From positions 768,001-832,000 of the forward strand of contig OY969934.1 of NCBI GenBank assembly GCA_963704725.1: DNA of 64,000 nt. Reading direction: 5' to 3'. A program made the position numbers and the translations under genes. How positions within the stretch are numbered: the stretch's first letter is position 1; each line of letters starts with the position of its first letter. Under the pieces are notes generated by a model. The model ran no database searches, was not told the DNA's origin, and saw only the letters and a list, made by a program, of their open reading frames with translations. This DNA is from an uncultured Actinomycetes bacterium. GTDB lineage: Bacteria > Actinomycetota > UBA4738 > HRBIN12. This document shows, in pieces, positions 54,204 through 64,000 of this stretch.

Positions 54204-56075
54204 ATGAGCACGACGCCGATCGCCGACTACGCGCTGATCTCCGACTGCCATTCGGCGGCGCTCGTGAGTCGCCTCGGGTCCGTCGACTGGCTGTGCCGGC
54301 CGCGATTCGACAGCCCCGCGCTGTTCGCGCGGATCCTCGACCGGGACGCCGGGCACTTCTCGATCACCCCGACCGGCGGATCCACGGCGACGCGGCGATA
54401 CCTCGAGCGCACCATGGTGCTCGAGACCACGTTCCGGACGGAGACGGGCGTCGCCGTGCTCGTCGACGCCATGGCGCTGGATCCGACGGAGCACGGCCAC
54501 GACCTCGGGGCGGGCGCCCCGCGCGCGCTCCTGCGCAGGATCGAGTGCACCGAGGGTCGAGTGGACGTCGAGTGCGAGTTCGCGCCGCGACCGGAGTACG
54601 GGCTGGTGGCGCCGCTCCTGCTCGCGACCGGGCACGGCGTCGCCAGTCGGGGGGGCGCCGTCCGATCGCTCCTGTCGAGCGACCGGCCGGCCACGATCGA
54701 CGGCGCGACGGCGCGGTTCTCGTTCGTCCTGCACCAGGGCGAGGCGGCCGCGTTCGCCCTCCAGTCGGGGACGTCGTCCGATCCGGACGGGCCGGTCGGG
54801 TGGACCGCGGCCGAGATCTCGACGGGCATCGAGGGGACGATCGCCGCGTGGCGGACGTGGTCGAGCGTCCATCAGGCGTACGAGGGTCCGTGGGAGGACC
54901 TCGTCTACCACTCCGGCCGGGTATTGCAGGCGCTGATGTACCAGCCGACCGGCGCCATCGTGGCCGCCCCGACCACGTCGCTGCCCGAGGAGATCGGCGG
55001 CGAACGCAACTGGGACTACCGCTACGCGTGGATCCGTGACGCCTCGTTCACGCTCGACGCCCTGTGGGTGGCGGCGTGCCCGGACGAGGCGCACAAGTTC
55101 TTCTCCTGGATGACGAGCGCGGTGGCGACGCAGCTCGGGGCCGGTGGAGACCTGCAGATCATGTTCGGGATCGGCGGCGAGCACGACCTCTCCGAGCGCA
55201 TCCTCCCGCACCTGTCCGGATGGCGGGACAGCCGACCGGTTCGGGTGGGCAACGGCGCGTGGGATCAGCGCCAGCTCGACGTGTACGGGGAGCTGCTCGA
55301 CGCGGCGTACCGGCTCCGGGACCGGCTCTCGGAGATCGACGAGGCCACGCGGGCCTTCCTCGTCCAGGTCGCCGACGCCGCCGCGGCCCGGTGGCAGGAG
55401 CGGGACCAGGGCATCTGGGAGGTGCGCGGCGAGCCACGCGACTTCCTGTACTCCAAGCTCATGTGCTGGGTCGCCCTCGACCGGGCGATCGCGATGGCCG
55501 CGCTCATCGGCGGCGAGCATCGGGTCCGGGAGTGGACCAGGACCCGCGACGCGATCCGAACGGCGATCCTCGAGCGCGGGTGGTCGGACGAGGTGAACGC
55601 CTTCACGCAGTCCTTCGGCGGAGCCGAGCTCGACGCTTCCAACCTCATGATGGCCATCGTGGGGTTCCTGCCCGCCGACGACCCCCGAATGCTCGCCACG
55701 ATCGAGGCGATCGAGCGCGACCTCACCGACGATCGGGGCCTCGTGTACCGATACCGTGCCGAGGAGGGAGTGGACGGGCTGGAGGGAACGGAGGGCACGT
55801 TCCTCCTGTGCACCTTCTGGCTGGCCGAGGCGCTGGCCCGCGCCGGGAGGCTCGAGCGCGCCGCCGCGGTCTTCGAGCGCGCCGCCGCGTTCGCCAACGA
55901 CGTCGGCCTGCTGGCCGAGGAGGTCGACGAGGAGACCGGCGAGCTGCTCGGGAACTTCCCTCAGGCGTTCAGCCACATCGGCCTGATCAACGCGGCGTGG
56001 GCCATCGCGCAGGCGGGATCGACCGGGGCGCCGGAGGCGATCGAGCGGCCGACCGAGGCCGCCGAACGGGCTTGA
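54204..56075 (+). CDS. Glycoside hydrolase family 15 (glucoamylase/trehalase-like)
   Basis: AAPTTSLPE..GGERNWDYRYAWIRD, QLDVYGE, GLLAEE, GNFPQAFSH. Confidence 0.95.
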   Translation: MSTTPIADYALISDCHSAALVSRLGSVDWLCRPRFDSPALFARILDRDAGHFSITPTGGSTATRRYLERTMVLETTFRTETGVAVLVDAMALDPTEHGHDLGAGAPRALLRRIECTEGRVDVECEFAPRPEYGLVAPLLLATGHGVASRGGAVRSLLSSDRPATIDGATARFSFVLHQGEAAAFALQSGTSSDPDGPVGWTAAEISTGIEGTIAAWRTWSSVHQAYEGPWEDLVYHSGRVLQALMYQPTGAIVAAPTTSLPEEIGGERNWDYRYAWIRDASFTLDALWVAACPDEAHKFFSWMTSAVATQLGAGGDLQIMFGIGGEHDLSERILPHLSGWRDSRPVRVGNGAWDQRQLDVYGELLDAAYRLRDRLSEIDEATRAFLVQVADAAAARWQERDQGIWEVRGEPRDFLYSKLMCWVALDRAIAMAALIGGEHRVREWTRTRDAIRTAILERGWSDEVNAFTQSFGGAELDASNLMMAIVGFLPADDPRMLATIEAIERDLTDDRGLVYRYRAEEGVDGLEGTEGTFLLCTFWLAEALARAGRLERAAAVFERAAAFANDVGLLAEEVDEETGELLGNFPQAFSHIGLINAAWAIAQAGSTGAPEAIERPTEAAERA

Positions 56076-56076
56076 C

Positions 56077-57189
56077 ATGAAGGCCATCGTGGTCCATCCG
56101 GGGAAGGCGGGTACGGCGCACCTGGCCGACGTTCCCGAGCCCGGCCTGGACGACGTCGAGGGCGGACGCGGGGTGCTGGTGCGCGTCGTCCGCGTCGGCC
56201 TGGACGGCACGGACAAGGAGATCGACGGGGGCGAGTACGGCGCGCCGCCGCCCGGCTCCGACGTCCTGGTGCTGGGGCACGAGAGCCTCGGCGTCGTCGA
56301 GCGGGTGGGCCCGGCGGTGACCGAGCTCTCGCCCGGCGACCTGGTGGTGGCGCGCGTCCGCCGGGCCGGCTCCAGCGTGTACGACGACATCGACATGCCG
56401 GACATGACCACCGACGACGAGTACCTGGAGCACGGCATCAGCCGTGTGCACGGCTTCCTGACCGAACGCTACGTGGAGGAGCCTCGGTACCTGATCCGGG
56501 TGCCGCGGGGGCTCGCCGACGTCGCGGTCCTGCTCGAACCCACGAGCATCGTGGAGAAGGGGATCGCGCAGGCCTACGAGGTGCAGCGGCGTCTCAAGGT
56601 GTGGACCCCTCGGCGTGCCGCCGTGCTCGGTGCCGGAACGATCGGGCTGCTGGCGACGATGGCCCTTCGCACCCGAGGTCTCGAAGTCGTGACCCTGGGC
56701 CTCGATCCGGCCCCGTACCTGAACTCCGACCTCGTCGAGGCGCTCGGCGCGAGCTACGTGTCGACGAAGGACCGCACGATCGCCGACGTCGCCGAGGAGC
56801 ACGGCCGCTTCGACCTGATCTTCGAGGCGACGGGGTTCTCGCCGCTCGTGTTCGAGGCGATGTGTGTGCTGCTCGGCAAGAACGGCGTGATCGTGCTGTC
56901 CAGCGTCACGGGCGGCATGAAGCGAGTGGAGGTCCCATCCGACGCCATCAACCTGGACTTCGTGCTCGGGAACAAGGCGATGATCGGGACGGTGAACGCC
57001 AACCGCGAGCACTTCGAGGCCGGGGTCCGGGACCTGGCCATCGCGCAGGCCGAGTTCCCGGGCTGGCTTCCGCGCCTCCTGACCCATCCCGTGCAGGGCC
57101 TCGACCAGGGCACGGCGGCGCTGGGTCTCCTCGGGTCGCCCGGCGCGATCAAGGTGTTCGTGGAGGTCGCACCGCTGGACGCCTCGTGA
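56077..57189 (+). CDS. Zn-dependent (MDR) glucose 1-dehydrogenase, archaeal-type
   Basis: GLDGTD, LGHESLG, LLEPTSIVEKG, GAGTIG, GTVNA. Confidence 0.88.
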   Translation: MKAIVVHPGKAGTAHLADVPEPGLDDVEGGRGVLVRVVRVGLDGTDKEIDGGEYGAPPPGSDVLVLGHESLGVVERVGPAVTELSPGDLVVARVRRAGSSVYDDIDMPDMTTDDEYLEHGISRVHGFLTERYVEEPRYLIRVPRGLADVAVLLEPTSIVEKGIAQAYEVQRRLKVWTPRRAAVLGAGTIGLLATMALRTRGLEVVTLGLDPAPYLNSDLVEALGASYVSTKDRTIADVAEEHGRFDLIFEATGFSPLVFEAMCVLLGKNGVIVLSSVTGGMKRVEVPSDAINLDFVLGNKAMIGTVNANREHFEAGVRDLAIAQAEFPGWLPRLLTHPVQGLDQGTAALGLLGSPGAIKVFVEVAPLDAS

Positions 57190-57321
57190 GCCTTCGGCGA
57201 CCGATGAGATCCGCCATCTCGTGCCGTCTCATCAGGAGCCACAGGAGTGGATGTCGTCGGAGCGGGGGACACTCTCCCCGTGCCGTCCGGCACGGGATCG
57301 ACGGGAGAAGGAGGGAGCGAG

Positions 57322-57675
57322 ATGAACCTGAACAGCATCTTGATCGGGTCCGAGGACCCGAAGGCACTCGCGGAGTACTACACCAAGCTCTTCGGCGAGC
57401 CCGGCTGGGACGACGGCGGCTACACGGGCTGGCAGATCGGCGCGGGAGCGATCATGGTCGGGCCGCACGACCAGGTGAAGGGCAAGAACGCGCAGCCCGG
57501 CCGGGTGATCTGGAACATCGAGTCCTCGGACGTGGCGGGCGACTTCGAGAAGTTCAAGGCCGCGGGGGCGACCGTGGTCCGGGAGCCGTACAAGCCGGAC
57601 GCCAACGCCGAGATGCTCATCGCCACGTTCGCCGACCCGGACGACAACTACTTCCAGCTCGCCAGCCCGATGTAG
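57322..57675 (+). CDS. VOC/glyoxalase family protein
   Basis: DPKALAEYYTKLFG...ATFADPDDNYFQL. Confidence 0.88.
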   Translation: MNLNSILIGSEDPKALAEYYTKLFGEPGWDDGGYTGWQIGAGAIMVGPHDQVKGKNAQPGRVIWNIESSDVAGDFEKFKAAGATVVREPYKPDANAEMLIATFADPDDNYFQLASPM

Positions 57676-57699
57676 CGGTCGTCACGGCGACCGGAACAG

Positions 57700-57805
57700 G
57701 GTGAGCGGCGACGAGCTCGAGGCCGAGCACGTCTCGGTACAGATGCACGGCCGCCTCGTAGTCGTCCAGGACGAACGCGAACCGGAGCTCCCGAGCCATC
57801 GGCAT
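57700..57805 (-). pseudogene. Truncated VOC/glyoxalase gene remnant
   Basis: MPMARELRFAFVLDDYEAAVHLYRDVLGL, after which the similarity is lost and the frame runs into the opposite gene. Confidence 0.5.
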
Positions 57806-57927
57806 GTCGTCGGCACGATAGTCGACCGGCCGCGAGCCGGCCGGTTCAGGCGCCGTCGAGGAATGGCATCGCGGCGGTCGCGAGCGCCGGCGTGACGTTG
57901 ATGTCGTCTGGTCTCGCGACGCGGAGG

Positions 57928-58686
57928 CTACTCGCCGATGCCGGTGAGCCGGAGCCGGCGGATCCGGCGCACCGCGAGCAGGAGGAACACGACGGTGAGC
58001 AGGGCGAGCCGCGCGACGGCGCTGCCTCCGGTGGGCATGCCGGCGCGCTCGAGATCGGCGGCGCTCGGACCGAGTCCCGCGTAGACCATCGTGGCCAGCC
58101 ACTGCGGCGACAGCTGTGCGACGCCGGTGAGCACGGCGCCGAGGAGACGCTCGCCGAGCAGCACGATCGCGAGCGACCACCACGCGGCCCGCCGGAAGGC
58201 GGAGCCGATGAGCACGAACAGCGCCAGGTAGGCGGCGGTCCCGGCGACGGCCGAGAGCGCGATGGGTCCTACGGCCTCGGGCGCGCCGGCGATGGCCGCC
58301 GACAGCCCGAAGGCCGGGACCAGGGCGGCGGCGGCCACGAGCCAGCCGGCCGACCAACGGGCCAGGACGATCGTGGAGAAGCGCACGGGCGACAGCCACG
58401 TGAGGCCGAACGTCCCGGCCCGCACCTCCGCGCCCAGCACGGCGTCGCCGACGACCAGGCAGGCCAGGGGCAGGATCAGCCCGAAGTGCGCGCCGCTGAT
58501 GTCGTTGAACCGCAGGGCGGGCGAGGGCTCGTCGACGGTGCGGGCGAGGAGACCGAAGAGCAGGGCGCCCACGCACGGCAGCGCCAGCAGCGCGGCCCGC
58601 TTGGGCGGCACGCAGATCCGCACCGCGTACCCGAAGGCGGCGACGAAGGGCCGGGGGAGGGCGCGCCCGGCCACGGGAGCGGTCAC
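57928..58686 (-). CDS. ABC-2 type exporter permease
   Basis: Multi-TM; AVLGAEVRAGT. Confidence 0.8.
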   Translation of the reverse strand: MTAPVAGRALPRPFVAAFGYAVRICVPPKRAALLALPCVGALLFGLLARTVDEPSPALRFNDISGAHFGLILPLACLVVGDAVLGAEVRAGTFGLTWLSPVRFSTIVLARWSAGWLVAAAALVPAFGLSAAIAGAPEAVGPIALSAVAGTAAYLALFVLIGSAFRRAAWWSLAIVLLGERLLGAVLTGVAQLSPQWLATMVYAGLGPSAADLERAGMPTGGSAVARLALLTVVFLLLAVRRIRRLRLTGIGE

Positions 58687-59642
58687 CGGACCAGCTCCCG
58701 GAAGGCCGACTCCAGCGAGTCGTCGAGCGGGCGCACCTCGAGGAGGCGGACGCCGGCCCGCCGGGCCAGCCCCGGCAGCGCATGGGCCAGATCGAGGGCG
58801 CGCAGCGACGAGACGACGACGTCGCCACCGTCGATGCCGACGCCGCTCACCGCCTCGATCCCCACGAGGGAGGCGGCCAGGCGGCGGGGATCCGACGAGC
58901 GCAGGAGCACCCGCCGGGGGCGGTCGGCGATCGCGCTCCGGATGGCGTGATGATCGCCGGCCGCGGCGAGCCGGCCGCGCACGAGCACGATCTGGCGGCG
59001 GGCCAGGCGTTCGACCTCGTGCAGGATGTGGGAGCTGACGATCACCGTGCGACCCTCGCCGCCCAGGCGGTGGAAGAGCTCGATGAGCGCCACGCGCTGG
59101 ACGGGGTCGGCGCCGTTGAGGGGCTCGTCGAGCACGAGGATGGTGGGGTCGCTCACGAGGGCGGCCGCGACCCTCGCGCGCTGCCGCATCCCCTTGCTGA
59201 ACCCGCCGACCTTGCGATCGGCCGCATCGAGGAGGTCGACGGCCGCCAGCGCTCGCTCGGGCGCGGCGCGATCGCGCACCCCGTGGAGCGCGGCGGCGTA
59301 GCGAACCAGCTGCCGGGCCGAGATCACGCCGGGGCTGGCGTCCTCCTCCGGGACCAGGGCCAGGGCGCTCTGGGCCTCCCGCTGGGTCCGGGGATCGAGC
59401 CCATCGACCCGCACGGTGCCGACGTTGAGTGGCAGCATCCCGCAGATGGCCCGCATGAGCGTCGTCTTGCCCGCGCCGTTCGGGCCGAGCAGGCCCGTCA
59501 CGCCGGGACCGAAGGAGCAGGACACCTCGTTGAGCGCGACGTTGGGCCCGAACCACACCGACGCGTCGCCGACGACGACGGTCGCGTCGGCCGCGTAGGC
59601 GGGGTCGTCCGGGGCCGAGGGCGGTGGAGGAAGGGCGCTCAC
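58683..59642 (-). CDS. ABC transporter ATP-binding protein
   Basis: GPNGAGKT, FSKGMRQR, LDEP. Confidence 0.93.
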   Translation of the reverse strand: MSALPPPPSAPDDPAYAADATVVVGDASVWFGPNVALNEVSCSFGPGVTGLLGPNGAGKTTLMRAICGMLPLNVGTVRVDGLDPRTQREAQSALALVPEEDASPGVISARQLVRYAAALHGVRDRAAPERALAAVDLLDAADRKVGGFSKGMRQRARVAAALVSDPTILVLDEPLNGADPVQRVALIELFHRLGGEGRTVIVSSHILHEVERLARRQIVLVRGRLAAAGDHHAIRSAIADRPRRVLLRSSDPRRLAASLVGIEAVSGVGIDGGDVVVSSLRALDLAHALPGLARRAGVRLLEVRPLDDSLESAFRELVR

Positions 59643-60565
59643 TGGACCCGCCGGTACCGGTAGACGAGGTAGCCGAGGGAGCCGGCGACGACGGCGACGT
59701 AGGCCAGGCCCACGCCGATCCCGGCCCCTTCGGCCCCGCCGACGAGCGACGTGGGATCGACGTGGCCGAGGAAGACGAGGTCGCTGATCCGCAGCGGGAG
59801 GTCGATCGCGCTGAGGAGCCCCCACAGGCTGCCGTTGTTGAAGAGGCGCTCGGTGTCGACGCCGCCGGCGGAGGCGGAGACGAGGATCGATGACACCGCC
59901 CCCGACACGAGGACGGTGGCGAGCAGCGTCACGCCGCCGACGACCCGGCGCGTGGTCGTCGCCGAGATGGCCAGGGCCAGGGATGCCCAGTACAGGGAGA
60001 ACAGCGCGACGGCCGCCGGCACCTGCCACAGGACCTCGGCGTTCTGGGTGAGGAAGTCGAGCGGACCCTCCTTGACCACGAGCATCTGGCCGACGAACAG
60101 CACGACCTGGGGCAGGAAGCTGAAGCCGAACAGGATGGCGGTGAGGGCCCCGACCTTGGCGAGCACGTAGTCGGCCCCCGTGAGCGGGCGGGCGAAGATC
60201 AGCGGCAGGACGCGGTTGCGGCGGTCGGGGCACACCGAGTCCGGTGCCGTGATCGCCACGAAGAGCAGCAGCGTGGTGGACACGCCCACGTACTCGCGGA
60301 AGGTGATCAGGTTGAAGTCGGAGGCCGGCGTGTTCCGGGTGACGTACTTCACGCCGACGTTCACCACGGCCGGGATCGCGGCGATCGCGAGCAGCGACCA
60401 CGGCAGGACCTTCTGGCGCCACGACCGGCGCAGGCCGAGGGCTCGGCGGATCGAGAGTCGCACGAGGGCGGCGCGGGCGGCGCCCCGGCCTCCCAGCTCG
60501 CCCTCGTAGGGCCGGTAGCCACGGTCGTAGACGGCGCCGGTGGGAGGCAGCAGCGACGAGCTCAT
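59639..60565 (-). CDS. ABC exporter permease
   Basis: YDRGYRPY, DRRNRVLPLIFARP, multi-TM. Confidence 0.85.
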   Translation of the reverse strand: MSSSLLPPTGAVYDRGYRPYEGELGGRGAARAALVRLSIRRALGLRRSWRQKVLPWSLLAIAAIPAVVNVGVKYVTRNTPASDFNLITFREYVGVSTTLLLFVAITAPDSVCPDRRNRVLPLIFARPLTGADYVLAKVGALTAILFGFSFLPQVVLFVGQMLVVKEGPLDFLTQNAEVLWQVPAAVALFSLYWASLALAISATTTRRVVGGVTLLATVLVSGAVSSILVSASAGGVDTERLFNNGSLWGLLSAIDLPLRISDLVFLGHVDPTSLVGGAEGAGIGVGLAYVAVVAGSLGYLVYRYRRVQ

Positions 60566-61479
60566 TGGGGTTGATCCACGAACAGCTCGTCGAGGGAGGT
60601 GCGCCGCGTGGTCAGCGCATGCAGGGCGAGGCCGAGGTCGTCCGCCCCGTCGCGGATGAGGTCGAGGACGTGACCGCCCTCGCCGTCGACCCGCACGTCG
60701 AGCGTCGCGTCGTCGACCACGGTGACGGCGACGCCGGCGGTGCCGAGGAGCTCGGCCAGGCGCGCCGCGCCGTCGTTCACCTCGACCCGCACGGCGCCGG
60801 TGCGGTGGAGGAGGGCGTCGGTGGCGCCGGCATGGCGCAGCTTCCCGCCGTCGATCATGACGACCTGGTCGCACACGAGCTGCACGTCGTCGAGGAGGTG
60901 GGTGGCCACGAGCGCCGAGATGCCGAAGCCGGAGAGCCGGCCCACGAGGGCGAGCATCTCCTCGCGGCCGATCGGGTCGAGGCCGGCGGTGGGCTCGTCG
61001 AGCAGCACCACCTCCGGGTCGGCGACGATGGCCTGGGCCAGCTTCGTGCGCTGACGCATACCGGTGGAGAAGCCGCCGATCGGCCGGAACCGAGCCTCGT
61101 CCAGGCCGACGAGATCGAGCACCTCCGAGGCGCGCTGGCGGGCGGCGCGAGGCGGCAGTCCGGCCAGCTCGCCGAGGGAGGCGACGACGTCGGCCGCGGT
61201 CTGGTCGGGAGGGAGGCAGTCGTGCTCGGGCATGAAGCCGATGTGCGACCGCACCCCGATCGGATCCTCGGCCACGGCCCGCCCCACGACCTCGATCGTG
61301 CCCGCGGTGGGGCGCAGCTGGCCGAGCGCCAGGCGCAGCAGCGTCGTCTTGCCGGCGCCGTTGGCCCCGACCAACCCGACGGAGCCGCGGGGGACGTCGA
61401 CGGTCAGCGCATCGAGCGCGAGGGTGCCGCCCGGGTATCGGAGCGAGAGCCCCTGGGTGCGAAGCAGATCGTCGGCCAT
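60562..61479 (-). CDS. ABC transporter ATP-binding protein
   Basis: GANGAGKT, FSTGMRQR, LDEPTAGLD. Confidence 0.93.
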   Translation of the reverse strand: MADDLLRTQGLSLRYPGGTLALDALTVDVPRGSVGLVGANGAGKTTLLRLALGQLRPTAGTIEVVGRAVAEDPIGVRSHIGFMPEHDCLPPDQTAADVVASLGELAGLPPRAARQRASEVLDLVGLDEARFRPIGGFSTGMRQRTKLAQAIVADPEVVLLDEPTAGLDPIGREEMLALVGRLSGFGISALVATHLLDDVQLVCDQVVMIDGGKLRHAGATDALLHRTGAVRVEVNDGAARLAELLGTAGVAVTVVDDATLDVRVDGEGGHVLDLIRDGADDLGLALHALTTRRTSLDELFVDQPQ

Positions 61480-61519
61480 GTCGGTAATCCCGGGTGATGC
61501 TACACGTGCGTTCCGGAGC

Positions 61520-63199
61520 TCAGGCTTGATGGACCGAGAGCAGGCTCTGGGTGGAGAAGGCGTTGAACAGGCCCTGGCTCGATTCGACGAAGCCCTCCCA
61601 CCTCGGCGACCAGGCATCGAGGCGCTTGTCGTACGTGAGGACGATGTACGGCCGATCGTTGTAGACGAGCTCCTGCATCTCGTACACGATCCGCTGTCGC
61701 TCCCTCGGATCGATCGCGGCCTGTTGCTCCGTGTAGAGCCGGTCGTATTCGGCGCTGCAGTAGCCCGAGTCGTTCCACGAGCCGTACTGGTCGCACGTCA
61801 TCGCCTGGAGCAGGAAGTCGGGGTCCAGCGCCGGGAACCAGTCCCACATCGCGAGGTCGAAATCCAGGTACGTGTAGTCGGGCGCCCCGATGGCGTCGAA
61901 CGCGGCCCCGTTGTCCATCTTCTTCTGGATCAGCTGCACGCCGATCTGGTCGAGCCCGTTCTGGATGATCTGGAACGCGCGGTCGCCCGCGCCCGCCTCG
62001 TCGTTCGGGAAGATCACCTCGTAGCTCATGGGATGGTCCTCCGCGACCCGGATCCCGTCGGAGCCCCTCGCATAGCCCAGCGAGTCGAGGATCTCGTTCG
62101 CCCTGTCGATGTCGAACGGCAGCGGCTGGATGCTCGGGTTGTGCCAGTCGATGCCCTCGCTGATGTCACCCTCCGGGATGAGCACGGATCCCGGGCTGGC
62201 GTGTCCGAGCCAGGCCGTCTGCACGATCTGGTCGCGGTCGACGGCGTACTCGAACGCCTCGCGAACCTTCGGGTCAAGCAGCTCACGATGCTCGGGCTTG
62301 TCGGGGTTCGAGTTGATGATGAGGTCGCGCAGCGCGAGCGCCGGGCCTTCGAACACCTGCAAGCCGGCCGCCTGGAGCGTGTCCACGCTGGTCGGCGGGA
62401 TCTCGTTGATCGCGTCCAGCTGACCCGTCTTCAAGGCGGTGATCATCGCGTCCTCGTTCGCGAAGAACTGCAGGCCGAACCCGTCGATGTGCGGCTTCGT
62501 CCCGTAGAAGCTGGGGTTCATCTGGAACAGGGCGATGTCGTTCTTCCGGTACTCGGTCAGGACGAACGGGCCGCCGGACGTGAGCGGCTGCCCGCCCTCG
62601 GGCACGTTCTCGAAGGACTTCAGGGCCTTCCCGTCGCCGGTCGCGTACCGCTGCCATACCTGCGGCGGCAGGATCGGGATCCCGCCCAGGCCGGACAGGG
62701 CGGTGGAGCTCGGCTGCGTGTAGGTCGCCACCAGCGTGGTGTCGTCCGTGGCGCGCACCCGCTTCAGGAAGCCGACGCTGCCCTCCCAGGCGCCCGCCGG
62801 CCCTCGGGCGTACTTCAAGATGGTGTCGATGGTCCAGGCGGCATCCTCGGCCGTGAGCGGTTCCCCGTCGGACCACGTCGCACCGGCCACCGTGTGCCAC
62901 GTCACCGTCAGGCCGTCGTCCGAGACGTCCCAGCTCTGCGCGAAGTTTGGGGCGAACTCGCCCGTCGTGGTGTCGGCCTGTAGGAGGCTGGGGTAGATGT
63001 ACATCCACACCGCGTAGTCGTCCTGGTTGAAACCGACGAACGGGTTCATGGACGAGATCCCGGAGCTCGTTCCGATCCGGAGCGTCCCTCCCTCCCTGGC
63101 CCCGCCGGTCCCCTGATCCCCCTGGGAGCCACTGGTGCAGCCGGCCGCGATCACCGCCAGGGCGATCGTCAACGCCGCGAGCGTGCGTCCCCTCTTCAT
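61520..63199 (-). CDS. Peptide/nickel ABC transporter substrate-binding lipoprotein (family 5)
   Basis: Lipobox AAGC, WSDGEPLTAED, VREAFEYAVDR. Confidence 0.92.
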   Translation of the reverse strand: MKRGRTLAALTIALAVIAAGCTSGSQGDQGTGGAREGGTLRIGTSSGISSMNPFVGFNQDDYAVWMYIYPSLLQADTTTGEFAPNFAQSWDVSDDGLTVTWHTVAGATWSDGEPLTAEDAAWTIDTILKYARGPAGAWEGSVGFLKRVRATDDTTLVATYTQPSSTALSGLGGIPILPPQVWQRYATGDGKALKSFENVPEGGQPLTSGGPFVLTEYRKNDIALFQMNPSFYGTKPHIDGFGLQFFANEDAMITALKTGQLDAINEIPPTSVDTLQAAGLQVFEGPALALRDLIINSNPDKPEHRELLDPKVREAFEYAVDRDQIVQTAWLGHASPGSVLIPEGDISEGIDWHNPSIQPLPFDIDRANEILDSLGYARGSDGIRVAEDHPMSYEVIFPNDEAGAGDRAFQIIQNGLDQIGVQLIQKKMDNGAAFDAIGAPDYTYLDFDLAMWDWFPALDPDFLLQAMTCDQYGSWNDSGYCSAEYDRLYTEQQAAIDPRERQRIVYEMQELVYNDRPYIVLTYDKRLDAWSPRWEGFVESSQGLFNAFSTQSLLSVHQA

Positions 63200-63285
63200 G
63201 GCTCTCCCCTCGTCTCGTGTCATTGGTGCGCGTCCTCCACATCTACGCATGCGTCCCGGGGTTCGCGCGAACGCCGCATCCATCG

Positions 63286-64000
63286 TCAGGCCAGGATGCA
63301 GGCAGCCTCGTGGTCCGGCGAGGTGCCCTCGGGAACGTGCAGCTCGGGGTCGATCTCACGACACCGATCCTCCGCCACCGGACATCGGGGCTGGAACCGG
63401 CACCCGCGCGGGATCTCGATGGGGTCCGGTGTCTCTCCCTCGAGGATCTGCGCCGTCGTCCGGTCCCGCGGGTCGCGTTTGGGAACCACGGAGAGCAGCG
63501 CGCGCGTGTACGGATGCCGCGGGTTCCGGACGATCTCGCTCGCCGGACCCTGCTCCACGACACGGCCGAGGTACATCACCGCGATCCGGTCGGCGAAGTG
63601 CGCCGCCGTCGAGAGGTCGTGGGTGATCATGAGGATGGCCATGTCGCGGTCGCGGCGGAGGCGGTTGAGCAGCCCGAGCAGGCCGGCGCGCACGGAGACG
63701 TCCAGCATCGAAACGGGCTCGTCGGCCACGAGCAGCTCGGGATCGAGCACCAGGCTGGCCGCGATCGCCGCGCGCTGACGCTGCCCTCCGGAGAGCTCGT
63801 GGGGGTAGCGGTCCGCGTACAGCTCGGGAGGTGAGAGCTCCACGCTCTCGAGCGCGTGGATCACGCGTTCCCGACGGCCGGCGCCGCCGTCTCCGACGTG
63901 GTGCACGAGGAGGGGCTCCTCGACGGCCTGGTGAACGCGGAACCGCGGGTCGAGCGACTCGTAGGGGTCCTGATAGATCATCTGCATCCGCCGGCGGATC
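63286..64000 (-). CDS. Oligopeptide ABC ATP-binding protein (OppF/DppF-like), 5' end outside the window
   Basis: QDPYESLDPR, ELSGGQRQR, ADEPVSMLD, HPYTRALL, GCRFQPRC. Confidence 0.93.
   Translation of the reverse strand, partial: IRRRMQMIYQDPYESLDPRFRVHQAVEEPLLVHHVGDGGAGRRERVIHALESVELSPPELYADRYPHELSGGQRQRAAIAASLVLDPELLVADEPVSMLDVSVRAGLLGLLNRLRRDRDMAILMITHDLSTAAHFADRIAVMYLGRVVEQGPASEIVRNPRHPYTRALLSVVPKRDPRDRTTAQILEGETPDPIEIPRGCRFQPRCPVAEDRCREIDPELHVPEGTSPDHEAACILA

Noticed and set aside
57928-64000. ABC exporter and peptide importer as transporters for the Asp-rich peptide
   Set aside because: More than 50 kb away, common gene sets, no linking evidence.
1-64000. tRNA, rRNA or CRISPR arrays
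   Set aside because: None recognised by eye; intergenic gaps are short. A covariance-model scan would be needed to exclude small RNAs.

Overview
Very GC-rich DNA, inferred to be from an actinomycetotal bacterium (GlnR, ClpS-DUF2017 pair, DUF6457, GPGG small membrane protein, SigB/SigF-type promoters). It is gene-dense, and I see no rRNA, tRNA, CRISPR array, integrase or transposase. In order, the window holds: (1) an operon of an Asp-rich DxDGTD-repeat peptide, a JmjC/cupin 2OG-Fe(II) oxygenase and a sucrase/ferredoxin-like [2Fe-2S] protein, which is my top candidate for an undescribed RiPP-like modification system; (2) dinB and several small proteins; (3) a SigB-type partner-switching stress cluster with five GTTT-N16-GGG(T/A)A promoters; (4) clpS and ppc; (5) a nitrogen island (gltB, two glutamine-synthetase-like paralogues with different active-site substitutions, glnR, amtB and a C2H2-finger membrane protein where glnK usually sits) with four GlnR-box arrays and Phd/VapC modules inside; (6) secreted enzymes (GH9, DUF1996-propeller, metallopeptidases), an adenylate cyclase followed by an unannotated 32-aa peptide, a split HTH/Clp-N pair, GH15 plus glucose dehydrogenase, and ABC transporters. 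All family calls are from motif recognition by eye; no searches were run.
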